A stretch of 63,375 nt of DNA, counting the filler, from Octopus bimaculoides (lineage: Eukaryota): assembly GCF_001194135.2 (NCBI RefSeq). It is 7 parts of 7 records of this genome, joined end to end, with 100 filler letters (N's around TTAATTAATTAA, not from the genome) between each part and the next. Parts side by side here need not be neighbours in the genome. Positions count along the whole stretch, not along the records: positions 1 to 17,389 come from NC_068984.1; 6 more parts are not named here. One strand, 5' to 3'. The position numbers and the translations under genes are program-made. Below are positions 1-14,174 of this stretch, in pieces (within the stretch, counting starts at the first letter, position 1; the number at the start of each line of letters is the position of its first letter). The notes beneath the pieces are model-generated. The model saw only the letters and a list, made by a program, of their open reading frames with translations, did not search any database and was not told the DNA's origin.

Positions 1-1080
1 AGACACAAGATAGGTGGACAGTGAAGGTGGACATAAACATAGGTGGACTCAGTGGAAGTTGACATGGTATTAGTAGACGGTGAAAGGGGATACATTAAAC
101 TGGATAACGAAGCTGGGTACAATATAAGTGGCCCGTGAAAGTAGACACAGTATATAGGTGAACAAAGAAAGAGAATATTTTCACTATCACTGTCTCACAA
201 TGCAAGGAGACAATGAAGGTGGACTCATTATAAATGGACAGTGAAAGTAGACAGAGTGAANNNNNNNNNNTGATGATGATGGACGCGGAAATGATGGAGA
301 ATGAGGAAGAGTTCTCGAGTAAGGAAAACAAACACAATGAGGGTGGACAAAATGAAGGTATTCATAGAAAAAGTAGGCACAGTGAAAATACTCAGCTGCT
401 GTTGTTAATGTTATTTTTGTTGTTTGGCCCCGACGAAGTGCTGATTGAGTAGACCTATGATCAAAGACATTCCAACCGTGATCATCTGGTCTTTATTTTT
501 TTGTTTCAAGCAATAGCTAGGAATATATTCTCTAAATGTTTCCTTCATCTTTTAAAACAGTAATGTGAGGTAGGAAAGAAGAATAGCTAGATAATGAAGA
601 CAGACACAATATAGGTGGATATAAAAGTAGACACAAGATAGGTGGACAGTGAAGGTGGACATAAACATAGGTGGACTCAGTGGAAGTTGACATGGTATTA
701 GTAGACGGTGAAAGGGGATACATTAAACTGGATAACGAAGCTGGGTACAATATAAGTGGCCCGTGAAAGTAGACACAGTATATAGGTGAACAAAGAAAGA
801 GAATATTTTCACTATCACTGTCTCACAATGCAAGGAGACAATGAAGGTGGACTCATTATAAATGGACAGTGAAAGTAGACAGAGTGAACAATAAAAGCGT
901 ATATTTTCATGGTTACTGTCTCAAAGTATAGGGCGACAGTAAAGGTGGACATAGTATAAATGGAGAGTAAAAGTAGACACAGTATAGGTGGACAGTAAAA
1001 GTAGACACGATATAAGTAGACAGTGAAGGTAGACAGTAAAAGTGAATATATTAAAGGTAGACAGAATAGCCAGTGCAACA
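1..1080. repeat. Degenerate minisatellite-like region (GGTGGAC/GTAGAC units) including an exact 260-bp duplication (1-260 = 629-888)
   Basis: Recurrent gtagac/ggtggac/gtgaa words; positions 1-260 recur base-for-base at 629-888; the first copy ends at a 10-N gap. Confidence 0.8.
415..500 (-). repeat. ~90-bp dispersed repeat with (AAC)n-like tail (also ~6805-6880, 25940-26035, 27675-27750, 54335-54420)
   Basis: Shared pattern tttagcccc..ggtc.g.c.tga..gagcagacctatgatcaa.g.cattcca.ccgtgaccat.c, preceded on plus by gtt-rich runs. Confidence 0.6.
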
Positions 1081-1189
1081 GGATGGTTCTACATTCTGAA
1101 ATGTCAGTGAAGAAGATCTAATTAAATAATTATAGTGGCATCCTTCCTAATTAGAAGTCTGTTGCTATGGTTACTGTGGTAAGGATGAA

Positions 1190-1640
1190 AGTAGACGATG
1201 GTGATTGATGGTGTTGATGGTTGTGGTGAAACCAATAGTAGCTAATAATGGTTGTGGCGGTGGTAGTGGTTGTAGCGATGGTGGTGGTTGTAGCGATGGT
1301 GGTAGTGGCGGTGGTGGTGGTGGTGCTTGTTGTGGCAGTAGGGGCATTAGATGGTGATGATGATGATGATGGTGGAGGTGGTCGGATGTTATTGTTGTTG
1401 ATGGTGGCAGTATTCATAGTAGTTGTAGTAGTGGTACTGTTGATGTAATGGTAGCTGAGGATGAAGTAAGCAATTGTGATGGTAGGGAGTGTATTTACAA
1501 TAATGGTAATGGTCGTCGTATTTGTGGTGGTTGTGATGATGGTGGTGGAGGTGGAGATGATGATGTTGGTTTGGTGCTGTTAGAGATATTGAATATAATG
1601 ATGTTTCCTCTTATAGTATTGGCATTTTGTGGTTGTTGCA
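1190..1640. repeat. Degenerate trinucleotide low-complexity tract (GGT/GAT/GTT/GTA)
   Basis: Runs of ggt, gat, gtt, gta; translates as poly-V/poly-T/poly-D. Confidence 0.9.
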
Positions 1641-1794
1641 GTGGAGTTTGTTTTATGATTTTCGTTGTTTTTGTTAAATCTTACGTCATCCATGATTGAA
1701 AGCATTCCAAACATGACTATCTCACATATTGAAGCAAAAAAAAAAAGAAAGAAAAAGAAAATGAAAAGAAAAAAAGAAAAAAAAACCCCGAAAA

Positions 1795-2163
1795 AGGCAT
1801 GGCTGTGTGGTAAGTATCTTGTTTTCCAGCCACACAGTTGCGGTTTCAGTCCCACAACGTGGCACTTTGGGCAAGTGTCTTCTACTATAACCTCGGGCCG
1901 ACCACTGATCTGTGAGTGGAATTGGTAGGCGGAAACTGAAAGAAGCTCGTCGTATATATATACATATATATATATATACCAACGCTTCACAACTGGTGTT
2001 GGTCTGTTTACTTTCCCGTAACTTAGCAGTTCGGCAAAAGAGTGCCCGGTAGAATAAGTACCAAGCTTAAAAAAAAAGTACTGGGGTCGATTCGATCGAC
2101 TAAAAATTCTTCAAGGTGGTGCTCCAGCATGGCTGCCGTCTAATGACTGAAACAAGTAAAAGA
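1795..2163 (+). mobile_element. Full-length modular SINE family A: tRNA-like head + (TA)n + tail
   Basis: Head ggcatggctgtgtggtaag...ggtttcagtcccacaacgtggcactttgggcaagtgtcttctactat...gaaactgaaagaagctcgtcg, then (TA)n, then tail ...taacttagcagttcggcaaaag...ggtgctccagcatggc...gactgaaacaagtaaaaga. Both parts recur many times in the window. Confidence 0.9.
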
Positions 2164-4242
2164 TAGAGGACATGAGTCAAAGAAGTCTATCCTGTGTAGA
2201 TTGCAATAGAAAAATGATTTGATTGTTAGTTTAATAAATCGAACACACAGAACTTACCTTGTTGGTCTGTTGTTGTTGGTGGTGGTCATTGTGGTATTGT
2301 CGAATTTGGTTTTTGTGTTTTAGCCGTTGTAGCATTGGTGAGTGGATGTATGTATGTCTACGTTATAATGGTTGTAGTGTACTGGTGCGTGAGAATTTGT
2401 CTGTGTTGGTGGGTGAAGGTTTGTGTATTGATGAATTAATGGGGTTAGCATGCAGTTTAGTGTCATGAAAAAGTGAAAATAAATTTCACCGGAAGTAACG
2501 ATAGTGAAATCTTTTAATTTCATAAACCTAGTTATATAATACCTTTTTGTGATAGCATGTGCATTTCTGAAACAGCAGCAGAAGTATACCGCTGCGACGA
2601 ATTATAACCAACAACAAACATCTGTTGAAAAGCCACAGGGACAAGAAGTGGACTTTCTGTTTTAGTTTAAGCTTCATATATAGCTATGGAGTCGCGAATC
2701 ATTCTTTAGATTTTGTTCATCCAATGATGAGGAAATCCACGCGCAGACATCGAAGGGTAGTAGGTACATGCTAAGAAGAAACTCAGATGACAATGCTAAA
2801 CGGGAGTTGTTTTATTTACATCGTATCTTTATGAGAACATGCGGCAAAATGGTTTCAGACGCCGTGAAAAAGCTGTATGTACGTTCCATGCATCGTTTTC
2901 ATATTCTATAGATAGAGAGAAATTATACGTTCCCAATGTCGTCACTTCCGGTTTCTATCACAATTTACTTTTGATTTTTTACGGCACTACACTGCAAATT
3001 AATCACTAGTAGTTGTACTAAGTTGGTGCAATCAACTGTTATAAATTCGCGAGACAGTTTGTACAATGTAGGTTATCAGTTTCAAAATTGCAGTACTGTA
3101 CAATGTCCTTATCAGTATTAGGCACAAACGTAACAGACAATTAATCGGAGTAATGAAAATTTCCTCTCTAAGCCGGTCAGTACAAACAAGGAATCAAATC
3201 AATTACCATTAGTCTCTCTAATGGTTATTATTCTCTGAATATAAGCGCTGGAACCTTGTTTCTAAGTGACAGGCTGGCATGTTATTAGTTTGAAAATATT
3301 GAAGTATAAAAACCAAACGAAACATTTGCACAAGTGAGAATGATTAGTTGTTTGTTTGTTCAAAAACACATTCCAAACAAAATTTTTTTTTTTTACCTTT
3401 TTATCACATTCTGTTGAAAGATGCAAACTACGTATATATGGTGTTCGTATTGATATATGCAATTAAGAAAAAAAAAAAAAAAAGAGGAAAAGGAAAAAGA
3501 AGAACAATATTTCTCACATAGAACAGTACCGATCTTTCTTTTCAAATAATCGGAAGTTTTATGTTTAGAAATTCGTAGGTACACATATAATAACGATCCA
3601 CTTTTAAGCTTAATTATTTAGAACNNNNNNNNNNNNNNNNNNNNNNNNNNNNNNNNNNNNNNNNNNNNNNNNNNNNNNNNNNNNNNNNNNNNNNNNNNNN
3701 NNNNNNNNNNNNNNNNNNNNNNNNNNNNNNNNNNNNNNNNNNNNNNNNNNNNNNNNNNNNNNNNNNNNNNNNNNNNNNNNNNNNNNNNNNNNNNNNNNNN
3801 NNNNNNNNNNNNNNNNNNNNNNNNNNNNNNNNNNNNNNNNNNNNNNNNNNNNNNNNNNNNNNNNNNNNNNNNNNNNNNNNNNNNNNNNNNNNNNNNNNNN
3901 NNNNNNNNNNNNNNNNNNNNNNNNNNNNNNNNNNNNNNNNNNNNNNNNNNNNNNNNNNNNNNNNNNNNNNNNNNNNNNNNNNNNNNNNNNNNNNNNNNNN
4001 NNNNNNNNNNNNNNNNNNNNNNNNNNNNNNNNNNNNNNNNNNNNNNNNNNNNNNNNNNNNNNNNNNNNNNNNNNNNNNNNNNNNNNNNNNNNNNNNNNNN
4101 NNNNNNNNNNNNNNNNNNNNNNNNNNNNNNNNNNNNNNNNNNNNNNNGTCGTCTGCGCCTTCAATTTCAAATCTAAATGACATTTAGTTGCTATCTCTGA
4201 GATTTGGTTTCTTTTTTTTTCTATTTGTTTATTTAGCGACTT

Positions 4243-4246
4243 GTGA

Positions 4247-4312
<66 letters not shown>

Positions 4313-4400
4313 GCTGCTGCTACTGCTACTGCTACTGCTACTGCTGTTGCTGCTGCTGCCGCCGCCGCTGCCACTTGCTGCTGCTACTTGCTGCTGCTGA
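4243..4400. repeat. Compound microsatellite (CTA)n-(CTG)n
   Basis: Direct reading. Confidence 0.97.
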
Positions 4401-4752
4401 GGGTGTGACTCTAAGCGCATATTACTACTCGTATATGCGTGTATGAATGTGCTTGTGTATAATAGGCAAGTAGTTAAATACACACACACACACACACATA
4501 TACATACACACACATTCACATATTGTGGTGTGATGGAGGAAAAAGACAAGAAGAAGCAAAAGGGAGAAAGAAATACAGCGCCTTTACCTTGTCGACTGTG
4601 GCGGGATAAACGATCGCTCCAGATCAAACCACGTCTTCTACGTACACCGTCTNNNNNNNNNNNNNNNNNNNNNNNNNNNNNNNNNNNNNNNNNNNNNNNN
4701 NNNNNNNNNNNNNNNNNNNNNNNNNNNNNNNNNNNNNNNNNNNNNNNNNNNN

Positions 4753-5420
<668 letters not shown>

Positions 5421-5999
5421 ACATACGCACGAAACACATACATAGAATATATGCACCGGGTACATTATTGAACTTCCGAAAGAGAACAACGGCAACGCCC
5501 TGTCATGAAGTTCCATCAACTTCAGCAACATTTAAAACCTGGGTTGTTGATGTTAAATGAACGATGACAATCCCAACCACACAATCTGTGGTGTGGAGAG
5601 GAAGGGATTTATAGAGATGGGCAGGTTAAATGTCGAAAGAAATTCTTATTGGTGCATTTATTTTGCTAAACAAACACAACATATAACCATCCTACATGAA
5701 ACACCATTATATTACACTACATTACATAAGTGCAAATTTTGAACCTCTAACGCAGCCACGTGAATACGTCTTTTGATATTTATTTCAGCCAATAATATCC
5801 CGTGGCATCTGTGATAACTTGTCAGCAAACTTCAAAGAGCTATAACTATTTCTGTGCCAAAATGCAGACGGAATATTCTTGAATTTTTTACCGTTTTCGT
5901 ATAAATAAACTTTGATTAGAACCTCTCATCAGAAAACGCTCAAATAAGATCGGAAGCACTGTTCTCACGGATAGACTGTTCAAAGAAAATTCTCTTATA

Positions 6000-6324
6000 T
6001 CAGGGTGGTGCAAAGGTAATAGTGCTTCATCGTCCATATTCTCCAGACCTTGTTCCTTCTGATTATCACTTGTTTCGGGGACTACAGAACTATTTGAATG
6101 GTCTTAGATTGATATCAAGAGAAGAGGTTGAAAATGATTTGGATTCTTATTTTGCATCAAGACCTAAACAATTTTTCAAGTGTGGCATTTATAAGCTTGT
6201 TGACAGATGGAATGAAGTTCTAGAAAGCAACGGAAATTATGTTGAATAAATATCGTCTTAATCATGGGTTTTTTAATTTTTAATAGTGACCTTAAAATTG
6301 GCCATTACCTTTGTACCAGCCTGA
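6000..6324 (+). mobile_element. Internally deleted mariner element (Hsmar1/cecropia-like TIRs) carrying a transposase C-terminal fragment
   Basis: 5' TIR TCAGGGTGGTGCAAAGGTAAT (6000-6020) and 3' TIR ATTACCTTTGTACCAGCCTGA (6304-6324) match 19/21 and are flanked by TA on both sides. The interior encodes LHRPYSPDLVPSDYHLFRGLQNYL...WNEVLESNGNYVE*, the mariner YSPDLAPSDYHLF motif. Confidence 0.92.
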
Positions 6325-7769
6325 TAGTTCACATTCACGAATCTCATTCCATTTGTCGGTCTTCATGTTGAAAAGGAATTGAAGTTATGGAGAAGTAAAC
6401 GCCCTTAGCTAAGTCAGGAGAAGTAAGATAAAGATTCTGTAGCGTATATATTCCTCCACTGGATATATATATCGAAGGATATATATATATATATATATAT
6501 ANNNNNNNNNNNNNNNNNNNNNNNNNNNNNNNNNNNNNNNNNNNNNNNNNNNNNNNNNNNNNNNNNNNNNNNNNNNNNNNNNNNNNNNNNATCCAAGCAA
6601 CCAGGGGATGTTTAAATCCGGAGGCACTTCTGGGAATTACTTGTGTGGGTACCGTCTTCGTTAGAAGGTATCCAGAGGCAGGTAATTTATTGTTTAAACC
6701 GCAGTTTATAATTATATATATATATATATATATATACCTCGCGCCTTAACATAGTGTGGTATAGTGTAATATAATGGTATTTCATGTAGGATGGTATATA
6801 TGTTGTGTTTGTTTAGCCCCGGGTCAGCCTTGTCTGAGCAAATCTATGATCAGGGACATTCCAGCCGTTAGCACACCGTCCTGAATTGTACATCCTGGTG
6901 TGTCCAACGTGTCACTCAAATTACATCCTACCATTTTGAAAATGATAGCGTGTAATTTAATGGAAGATTTGGCTAGAGTTTCCCTTTATTATAGTGTGTT
7001 ATGATACGGTGTAATGTAGTAGACTGAGTGGTGTTGCTTATTACTTATGAGTAACCCTATGTCAGCTTTGTTCGAGATCTAAATATGATATTGTATTTAT
7101 GCAGCTGTGTTGTATCGACCTAAGAGTCTACAGCAAAGCACTTAACTCCATCTAGGTGTAATTAGGCCCCACCAGGTGGTACATCCCATCTAGCTGTACG
7201 TCGATACCATTTAGTATGTATTACAAGGTAGTGGAGCATTCCAGTTAGCTTTACCAAGGTGCTACAATCTACATAGCTGTTGTATGTAATGTAGGGTAGC
7301 TCAGTCTACAAAGTGTTAAGTAGGTTCCTCAGCGTAGTAGAATTCACTAAGCTCCAGGTAGGTACTACAGAATGGTGCAGTACACTAATCTGTAAGTAGG
7401 TGCCATGCGCTACTTTAGTCTGCCTAGTTGTAAACAGGTGCAATAATCTGTATATGCGTTGTCACCTGACTACTGTGGAACTGCCTAGTTTAATTCATCC
7501 GAGAGAGGAAAATAACTCACGTCCGTTTGGTGATACGGAAACTGGATATCAAAAATAAATGAAGATGATGATGATGATGATGATGAATACAAATGCAGAC
7601 ATTTAGAGTAATGTATCAAGTAAAAATTGGGGAAATCTGAAGATAAAGACCGGAAATAAGAATGAAACATAACCTGCCTAATATTGTTATCAGAGATTAT
7701 AGAAATATGAGATGTCAACGTTGTTATATACTCGTCTTTTTCATTCTTGTTATCCTTTCTTTGTGTTAT

Positions 7770-8020
7770 TCCGACAAAACCGGCTCTAAATCATTTCCGC
7801 CTAATCCGCCATCTCTGTGGAACTCCTCTTCCTTCCATGCTCATCACTTTCCAATGAATATCAACATACAGAAGTTAAAGCTGAATGAACAGCAATCTCA
7901 TTGACTTCAGTTGTCTAGCAGAACGTGCAAAAGGCTATGGGCACTGCTCCTTCTCCAGCGTACTACAAATAAATAAATAAATAAATGAATAAATAAATAA
8001 ATAAATAGATAAATAAATAG
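7770..8020 (+). mobile_element. 3' end remnant of CR1/L2-like LINE with (AAAT)n tail
   Basis: Translation KSFPPNPPSLWNSSSFHAHHFPMNINIQKLK resembles the CR1/L2 ORF2 C-terminal SFFxRTxxLWNSLP...YNLQxFK motif; a short UTR and (AAAT)n follow. Confidence 0.55.
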
Positions 8021-8264
8021 AGAGGAAAGTGACGTTGAAATGCAATTTCTACTTTCTCCCAAACATTAGTGAAAAAAAAAAAAAAATTAAGGTGTGTACT
8101 GTGACAAACCAAAAGCGAACCTGGCTTAGAAAGAACAGAAACCCATAAATCAAATTTATATAAATTTTGAATTAAGGATTAAATTTGTTTAACAATTCAA
8201 ATTTAATTTGAGGTGTAATCTTCGGTCGAAATGAAAATACATTTTAAGACAAAGTATGAAGATG

Positions 8265-9241
8265 TACGAACGTTACCCCGAAAGTAAATGCAAATGTGGA
8301 CATAACTTTACTATTAGCTGGCATAAGCCATTCAACCTGCCATTTCTGCAACTGGACTCTTCCTCTACAATAAAGTACTACTTAAGAAATGCATTTGCGC
8401 TGTCTTTGAACCCCAGCTCGTGAATCTTCTATGAAAAAATTAAGGTGTGTACTGTTGTACCCATTTCTTCACAGCTACTTTCACCTCATGCGTCATCAAA
8501 TCGTTGTATCCGCAAACTGTTCTTCATTGAACGAACAGATGGAAGTTGGAGCCCCCCACTCGGTCTGGGATGAATGGTGGACGGAGGACCATTAAGCAAC
8601 TCAATTTGCCAATTGCTTTATTTGTTGCCAAAATCTGTGTGGTCGTATATTATCATGGAGAATATGGTTCATTTTCAGATCCCTGTTCGGTCTCTTCCTT
8701 CTAATAGCTTCCTTCTAATAGCTTCCTTCTAATGGCTGTCTCAGTATACCGTTCGCTGTCCATGGTAGAGCCAAGTTCTAAACTTCTTAGGCATTTGAGA
8801 AAAGATGTGATACTATTCCTGGGAGCAAGGCTTTGTTCGTGGAGCCTAAAGATACGCTCAGATTTCATCTCTTGCCACCAGATGGAAAAGAAATGCCTTA
8901 ATCCAGCAGAACAGAGAAGACTTGCACCGTTCTCTCCTTCAAATCGAGTGTCAACTCTACACACTTTCCGATATCCAAAATTTTCCAGCATCTTTTATTG
9001 ATACATTGTGACCACAGTCCAATTGTGCACTAACCTCGCGTAATCTAATTCGTCTGTCCGCGCAAACCAATTCGGCACGTTACTTCTGCTTAGAACGTAT
9101 TATTTGCCTGAAATGAAGAACAAGGAGAAGAGTTACTGTGGGGGAATCGCTACTGTACCAACTTGTGCAATTTGCATGACCTATGACAGTTAATATAAAA
9201 GTTATGCTCACTTATGCATTACTTTTCGTACAACTTTCATA
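8265..9241 (-). mobile_element. Decayed near-full-length mariner (DD34D-type) transposon
   Basis: Minus-strand fragments in correct order with frameshifts: DRRIRLREVSAQLD (HTH), FGYRKVC, GSTMDSERY, ILHDNIRPH, PPFIPD..NFHLF, SMKNSLR.QRFDD, EVKVAVKKWVQQ, VQRQRKCI. Imperfect TIR-like ends: tacgaacgttaccccgaaagtaaatgca (8265) and tgcattacttttcgtacaactttcata (~9215-9241). Confidence 0.8.
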
Positions 9242-9459
9242 ATGGTTATATGAAAGACAATTATCTTTGCAAATAACCATTTAGTCTGCTTCAAGAAACT
9301 TCAAATCAGTACTGAATATTGCAGCAGGTAAGAATAATTAAATTTCACAAGATTTGAAAATTGAATGGTTGTAGAAAGAATTTGAATAAGGTAAATTCAG
9401 TAAACTGTAGTTTTTGTCGTTGTTAACAAAACTAACAAAATTAATACAACTACGATAAG

Positions 9460-9510
9460 GAGTCTCTCTCTCTTCCTTTCTCTCTCCCCTCTCTCTCATT
9501 CACTCTCCCT

Positions 9511-9579
<69 letters not shown>

Positions 9580-9773
9580 CATACATATATATATATATAG
9601 ACGTCCTCGCGTTGTTATTTTTTCTTGCTTGTTCTTGTTTGGATTGATTGCATACGTGTGTATGTGTGTGTGTATGCATATATACACTCGCACACATTCA
9701 CTAAGAGAGAGAGAGAGAGAGAGAGAGGAACATTTCGGTAGATAGTTAGATAAATAGTTATATATATGTGTAA

Positions 9774-9804
<31 letters not shown>

Positions 9805-9842
9805 TGTATGTATGTATCTATCTATATATATATCTATATCTA

Positions 9843-9932
<90 letters not shown>

Positions 9933-10123
9933 TTGTGTGCTTGTGTTTGAGTGCGTGTGTGCGCATCTGTGCATGCGTGTATGTGTGCGTATGATGTGTT
10001 TCCATCTACATACATATATGCATATATATATAAACATACATGCATACATACATACACACACACACACACGCACACATACATACACACACATATATAAAGA
10101 GGGGAAGAGAGAGAAAGTGAGAC

Positions 10124-10179
<56 letters not shown>

Positions 10180-10180
10180 A
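9460..10180. repeat. Compound microsatellites (CT)n,(TA)n,(AG)n,(TATG)n,(TATC)n,(CA)n
   Basis: Direct reading. Confidence 0.97.
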
Positions 10181-10924
10181 CAGAGAGACAAACAGACGTA
10201 GTCTGGAATTACTTAACCTTTCATATTCATAACAAAAAGGAAAATGAATGCCGAGTTAGTTGTTATTGTGTGAGATTAAACTCGATAGTTTCGCTATTTT
10301 AGCTGCGTTTCAGAGGTCTCAAGCATATCATGTTGACCTCGTTCTCTTGACTGCGATGCCTGAGTCATATACAAACTATCTTCTATTTTCTGATCTCATA
10401 AATGTCCACTCATGATATATTGTCCACACATGTCACTCACTCATTCTGTCAGCCCACGCAAAATACAATAAAAATCCGGGTTGACCTACACACACCTACA
10501 TAGCTGTCTCACGCAAGGAGCTTCTAGATGAGGCTTGAACAATCATTTTCGTGAAGTGAGCCGCACAAGAAGCTCGGAAGAAGCTCGAGAAGTGAATTGG
10601 ACATCATCAAGCGGGTTGCACGACTTTAAAAATTCAATTCAAATTTTGATAAACGTTATGTTCTTGAAATTAGGCGTATCATTAAAAAAGACTCGCGGGC
10701 CACAGTTTGCTTTTAGCTCCCCAGACCTGCTAAAAATACAAGAAATAGCTCCCAAATTTCCTTTATATAGTACCCTAACATCTTAAAAGAAGCAACATAA
10801 GTAGATGGTGTACACCACAACTGAAAGTAACAAAAACAAAGACAGGTTGGTGATGTCTAGAATATTTTTGAGCTTAAATTAACTCAGTTAGAACATGGGG
10901 TGACGTACTGGCACACTGGTCTGC

Positions 10925-11130
10925 AGGCATGGTAGCAAAATCGTAGCCGCATCGGACAAAATGTTTAACGGCTTTTATTCCGGCTTTACGTTCTGAATTC
11001 AAGCATCGTCGACTTTGCCTTTCATCCTTTCAGGATCAATAAAATACGCAGCAGTTAAACATTTGGGATGTAATCGGCTAGCCCTTCACCACCTCAAATA
11101 TTTCAGGTTTCTGCCTAAAGCAGAGAAGAA
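10925..11130 (+). mobile_element. SINE family B copy (degraded)
   Basis: Contains the family B core tttacgttctgaattcaa...gactttgcctttcatcctttcaggatcaataaaata. Confidence 0.75.
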
Positions 11131-11619
11131 AAAAAATCCGCTTAGTCAGAACTAGCTCGAGTTTAAACGACATCAACAAAGGTCCCCCGAATCCTTGTGT
11201 CTTTGGATCAGCACTCAAAGCTTTGTTATTTCGTAACTCGTGCAGGGCGATGTACAGTGTAAGTTGCCACCGCCTTTTTCATGAGACTCATATCAGAATT
11301 TGAGCAAATCAATGCAATATATGAGGAAGTATTCTTTAACTGTACGGTGTTCCTGATAACGACCGCAGGGAAATGTACCTTAAAATATATGTTTACAGCT
11401 AGGTACACGGGGCTGTTGCAAATTGAATTGTATACACAGTAATAGTAAGAGAATATGCACTAATGAATGATTGGTCTGTCGATTATTAGTTTCACAAGTA
11501 AGGTTAATAACCACTCGGACATATTAACCAATCACAAAAATAGTTACATCAGGCTGTAACATTTAATTGTTAGACTTCGAGTGATACTGGTCGTTACACC
11601 TAGCAGTCAGAAACACTTG

Positions 11620-12125
11620 GTAGTTGCTTCTAAGCCAGAGACAACAGTTAGACTTGGTATTTATTTTTCGTACGAATATATTTCTCAGTGACGGTAACAA
11701 ACTTCAGTGAGATTTGACAGCGACACTGAGTAACTATACTTAACAGTTATATGAATTTATAATTACATTTAGGAGTGACAGGTTTAGTAGTGAGTGGCTC
11801 TTGGCAACAGTAATTTGTAGTAACACGAAGTGGTTAGCTCACATTTAGCAGTTACACTAAGTAGTCACACTGAACAATTGTATATTTAAGAGTTACAGAC
11901 AGCGGTTGCACTCAACTATAGCACTTAGACTTTTCACTTCAAAGTTATGCTTAACAGTGACATGTTTACCAGTTTGTTTAGAAATTATACATCTAGCATT
12001 TACTCTTAGCAAACATAAACTTAATAGTAACATTTAACAGTTATACTCAGCAGTTACATTTAACAATGATGCAGTTAGCTGTTACACTTGACTGTGACAC
12101 TTAAAAGTTACATTTAGTAATTACC
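11620..12125. repeat. Degenerate ~13-15 bp minisatellite (cagttacacttag-like)
   Basis: Repeated gttacac/gttacat/ttagca words throughout. Confidence 0.6.
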
Positions 12126-12935
12126 CTTTTCAGAGGCGTAGCCAGGTTCTAAGGTTAGGGGGACCGCGCACATGAAAAAAAAAAGAAAAACAAAAAAGGC
12201 GTTGTGACACATACCAAACAATTTCTAACTCATTTCTCTTATATTACTTGAATATTTCATTAGTTATAATATACGTAATTGTACTCTACATTCATTAATT
12301 TCTTGTTTCGTTAACAATGTCATTATGTATGAAACTTGCAACTACTGATATAGATGTGACACGTAAAAGATGAAACTCCACAGGATGGTCCAGTGTCGAG
12401 AGGTTATGACGTCAGGGTTTGTTTTGGTTCTTCAGATTTCAGTGGCCACCGACTCATCACAAGAGATTGAGCAGGCAGTTCAAAAACATGGGAGGTTGGT
12501 TAAATAAAGTAGTGATTCCAGAACGTTCTTTCAAGGCTATACGAATAACAAAAACATAGAGATTCAACTAAAGAGTTAGAAAAATTGTTGAAAAAGCGCT
12601 AACTTTGGAAAATGTGCTCGTGAGAGCGGTCACTCCCCTTCAATAGTTAGTTTACATTAGTTAGTTTACATTAGCCGTTATGACGAATACCAATAGCTGG
12701 TGTGTGAGAGGAGAACATGTATTCGTGTTTGGTGAGAGATGAGAATGTATGCTCAGCGAGAGGTTAGAATGTATGCTTGGCGATAGAAAATTTTACGCTC
12801 GGCGAGAAGAGGAAATATATGCTTGGCAAAAGATTAGGTTTGGTGAGAGTTCTTTGAACACGAAATCAGACTGATCTCGTATTAAAAGACATGGCTGTTA
12901 TTTGAACAAGAAAACCTTTACCGTCCTCTGCGAGT

Positions 12936-12992
<57 letters not shown>

Positions 12993-14090
12993 CTCTCTCT
13001 CTGCGCTGTGTTACCCGTGCATCTCATTTTATAACCATGGTTTGGTGGAAAACTGCATGGAATTTTCTATTTGATCACGCCATCATACAAATACCCCAGA
13101 ACAACGACTGGCTGAAATCTAGGCTAAGATCAACTGATAAGGAACGTCATTACCAAATATGGAGACTGATATACTTTGGCCCGTTTCTCGTTACAAAACT
13201 GATTGGGTTTCGAATGCTGAACACTGCTACACTAACATACAGCACCTTACCAGCAATAAAGAACGTATTAAACAATAGGGTGACAAGAACTTCAGTATCA
13301 TTGTATAAAATGAATATCACGTTAAAATGACTATATTTTGTTTATAAATAAAATAGATACATTACAGAGAACGTTTTATCAGTTTAAATAGCAAAACCAT
13401 CCATAGCATGCAAACGATTGAAGTGCAACACTCTTTAGTCCAATGTTTCTCAAAGTGGGTGGCACTGCCTACCCACAAGGTGGAACAGGGGTAAATTTTT
13501 ATATACATAAAACATTAAGGAGAGTGGGTGATAGATGTATCTGTGCGATGTTTGCTTTTAGTCTTTGTCTCCAATTTAGATACTAACTTTGAAATATTTT
13601 AAAAAGTAATATTATGATAAGCAGATCGTTAGCTCCAATCACAACAACAATAATGGCAATAACATGTATGTATATTATACACACCCACACATATTTATAT
13701 GCGAGTGAATGAACAAACGAAAGAAAGTGGGACTCAACACATTATGTTGGTGTTACATGTGTTTAATAATAGCTTGACCAGGTTTGCCAAATCTACAACA
13801 GACATCATAAATTTGGTATAGCATATTTTTCTTTTTCTCTTGCTTCTCTTCCTTTCATTCTTTCTTTTTGATAAAGGTTTTCATCGCCAAACGATAAATT
13901 CTTTTCTGTTTCTTCCATTGGCGTATTTTATTTTCGTTGTACACTCGTCCCATTGTTGCTTTTCATTTCATATTTCTACGCTTTTGCAGTCTCGTGTTTC
14001 GCTTGCTTAACCCCATGTATTAGTGGTTTGTTAGACTTTTGTTTGGCCTCTCCTTGTCTTATCTTACTGGTTTTATTTGTAGTATTTTAA

Positions 14091-14158
<68 letters not shown>

Positions 14159-14174
14159 CTCTATATATATACAT

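Noticed and set aside
4148-4183. Minus-strand MSFRFEIEGADD start, and a possible donor at ~4585
   Set aside because: Only 12 codons before a gap; no acceptor or homology.
7662-7904. ORF with signal-peptide-like start (MRCQRCYILVFFILVILSLCYSD)
   Set aside because: Its second half matches a CR1/L2 ORF2 C-terminus and ends in an (AAAT)n tail; the hydrophobic stretch is explained by T-rich DNA.
12133-12165. GGCGTAGCCAGG, a DNA-transposon TIR-like start (also CAATGTTTCTCAAAGTGGG at 13441)
   Set aside because: No matching second TIR or transposase found.
13034-13330. ~98-codon open frame
   Set aside because: No splice context or recognisable homology; another frame looks like decayed TE protein, which I could not assign.
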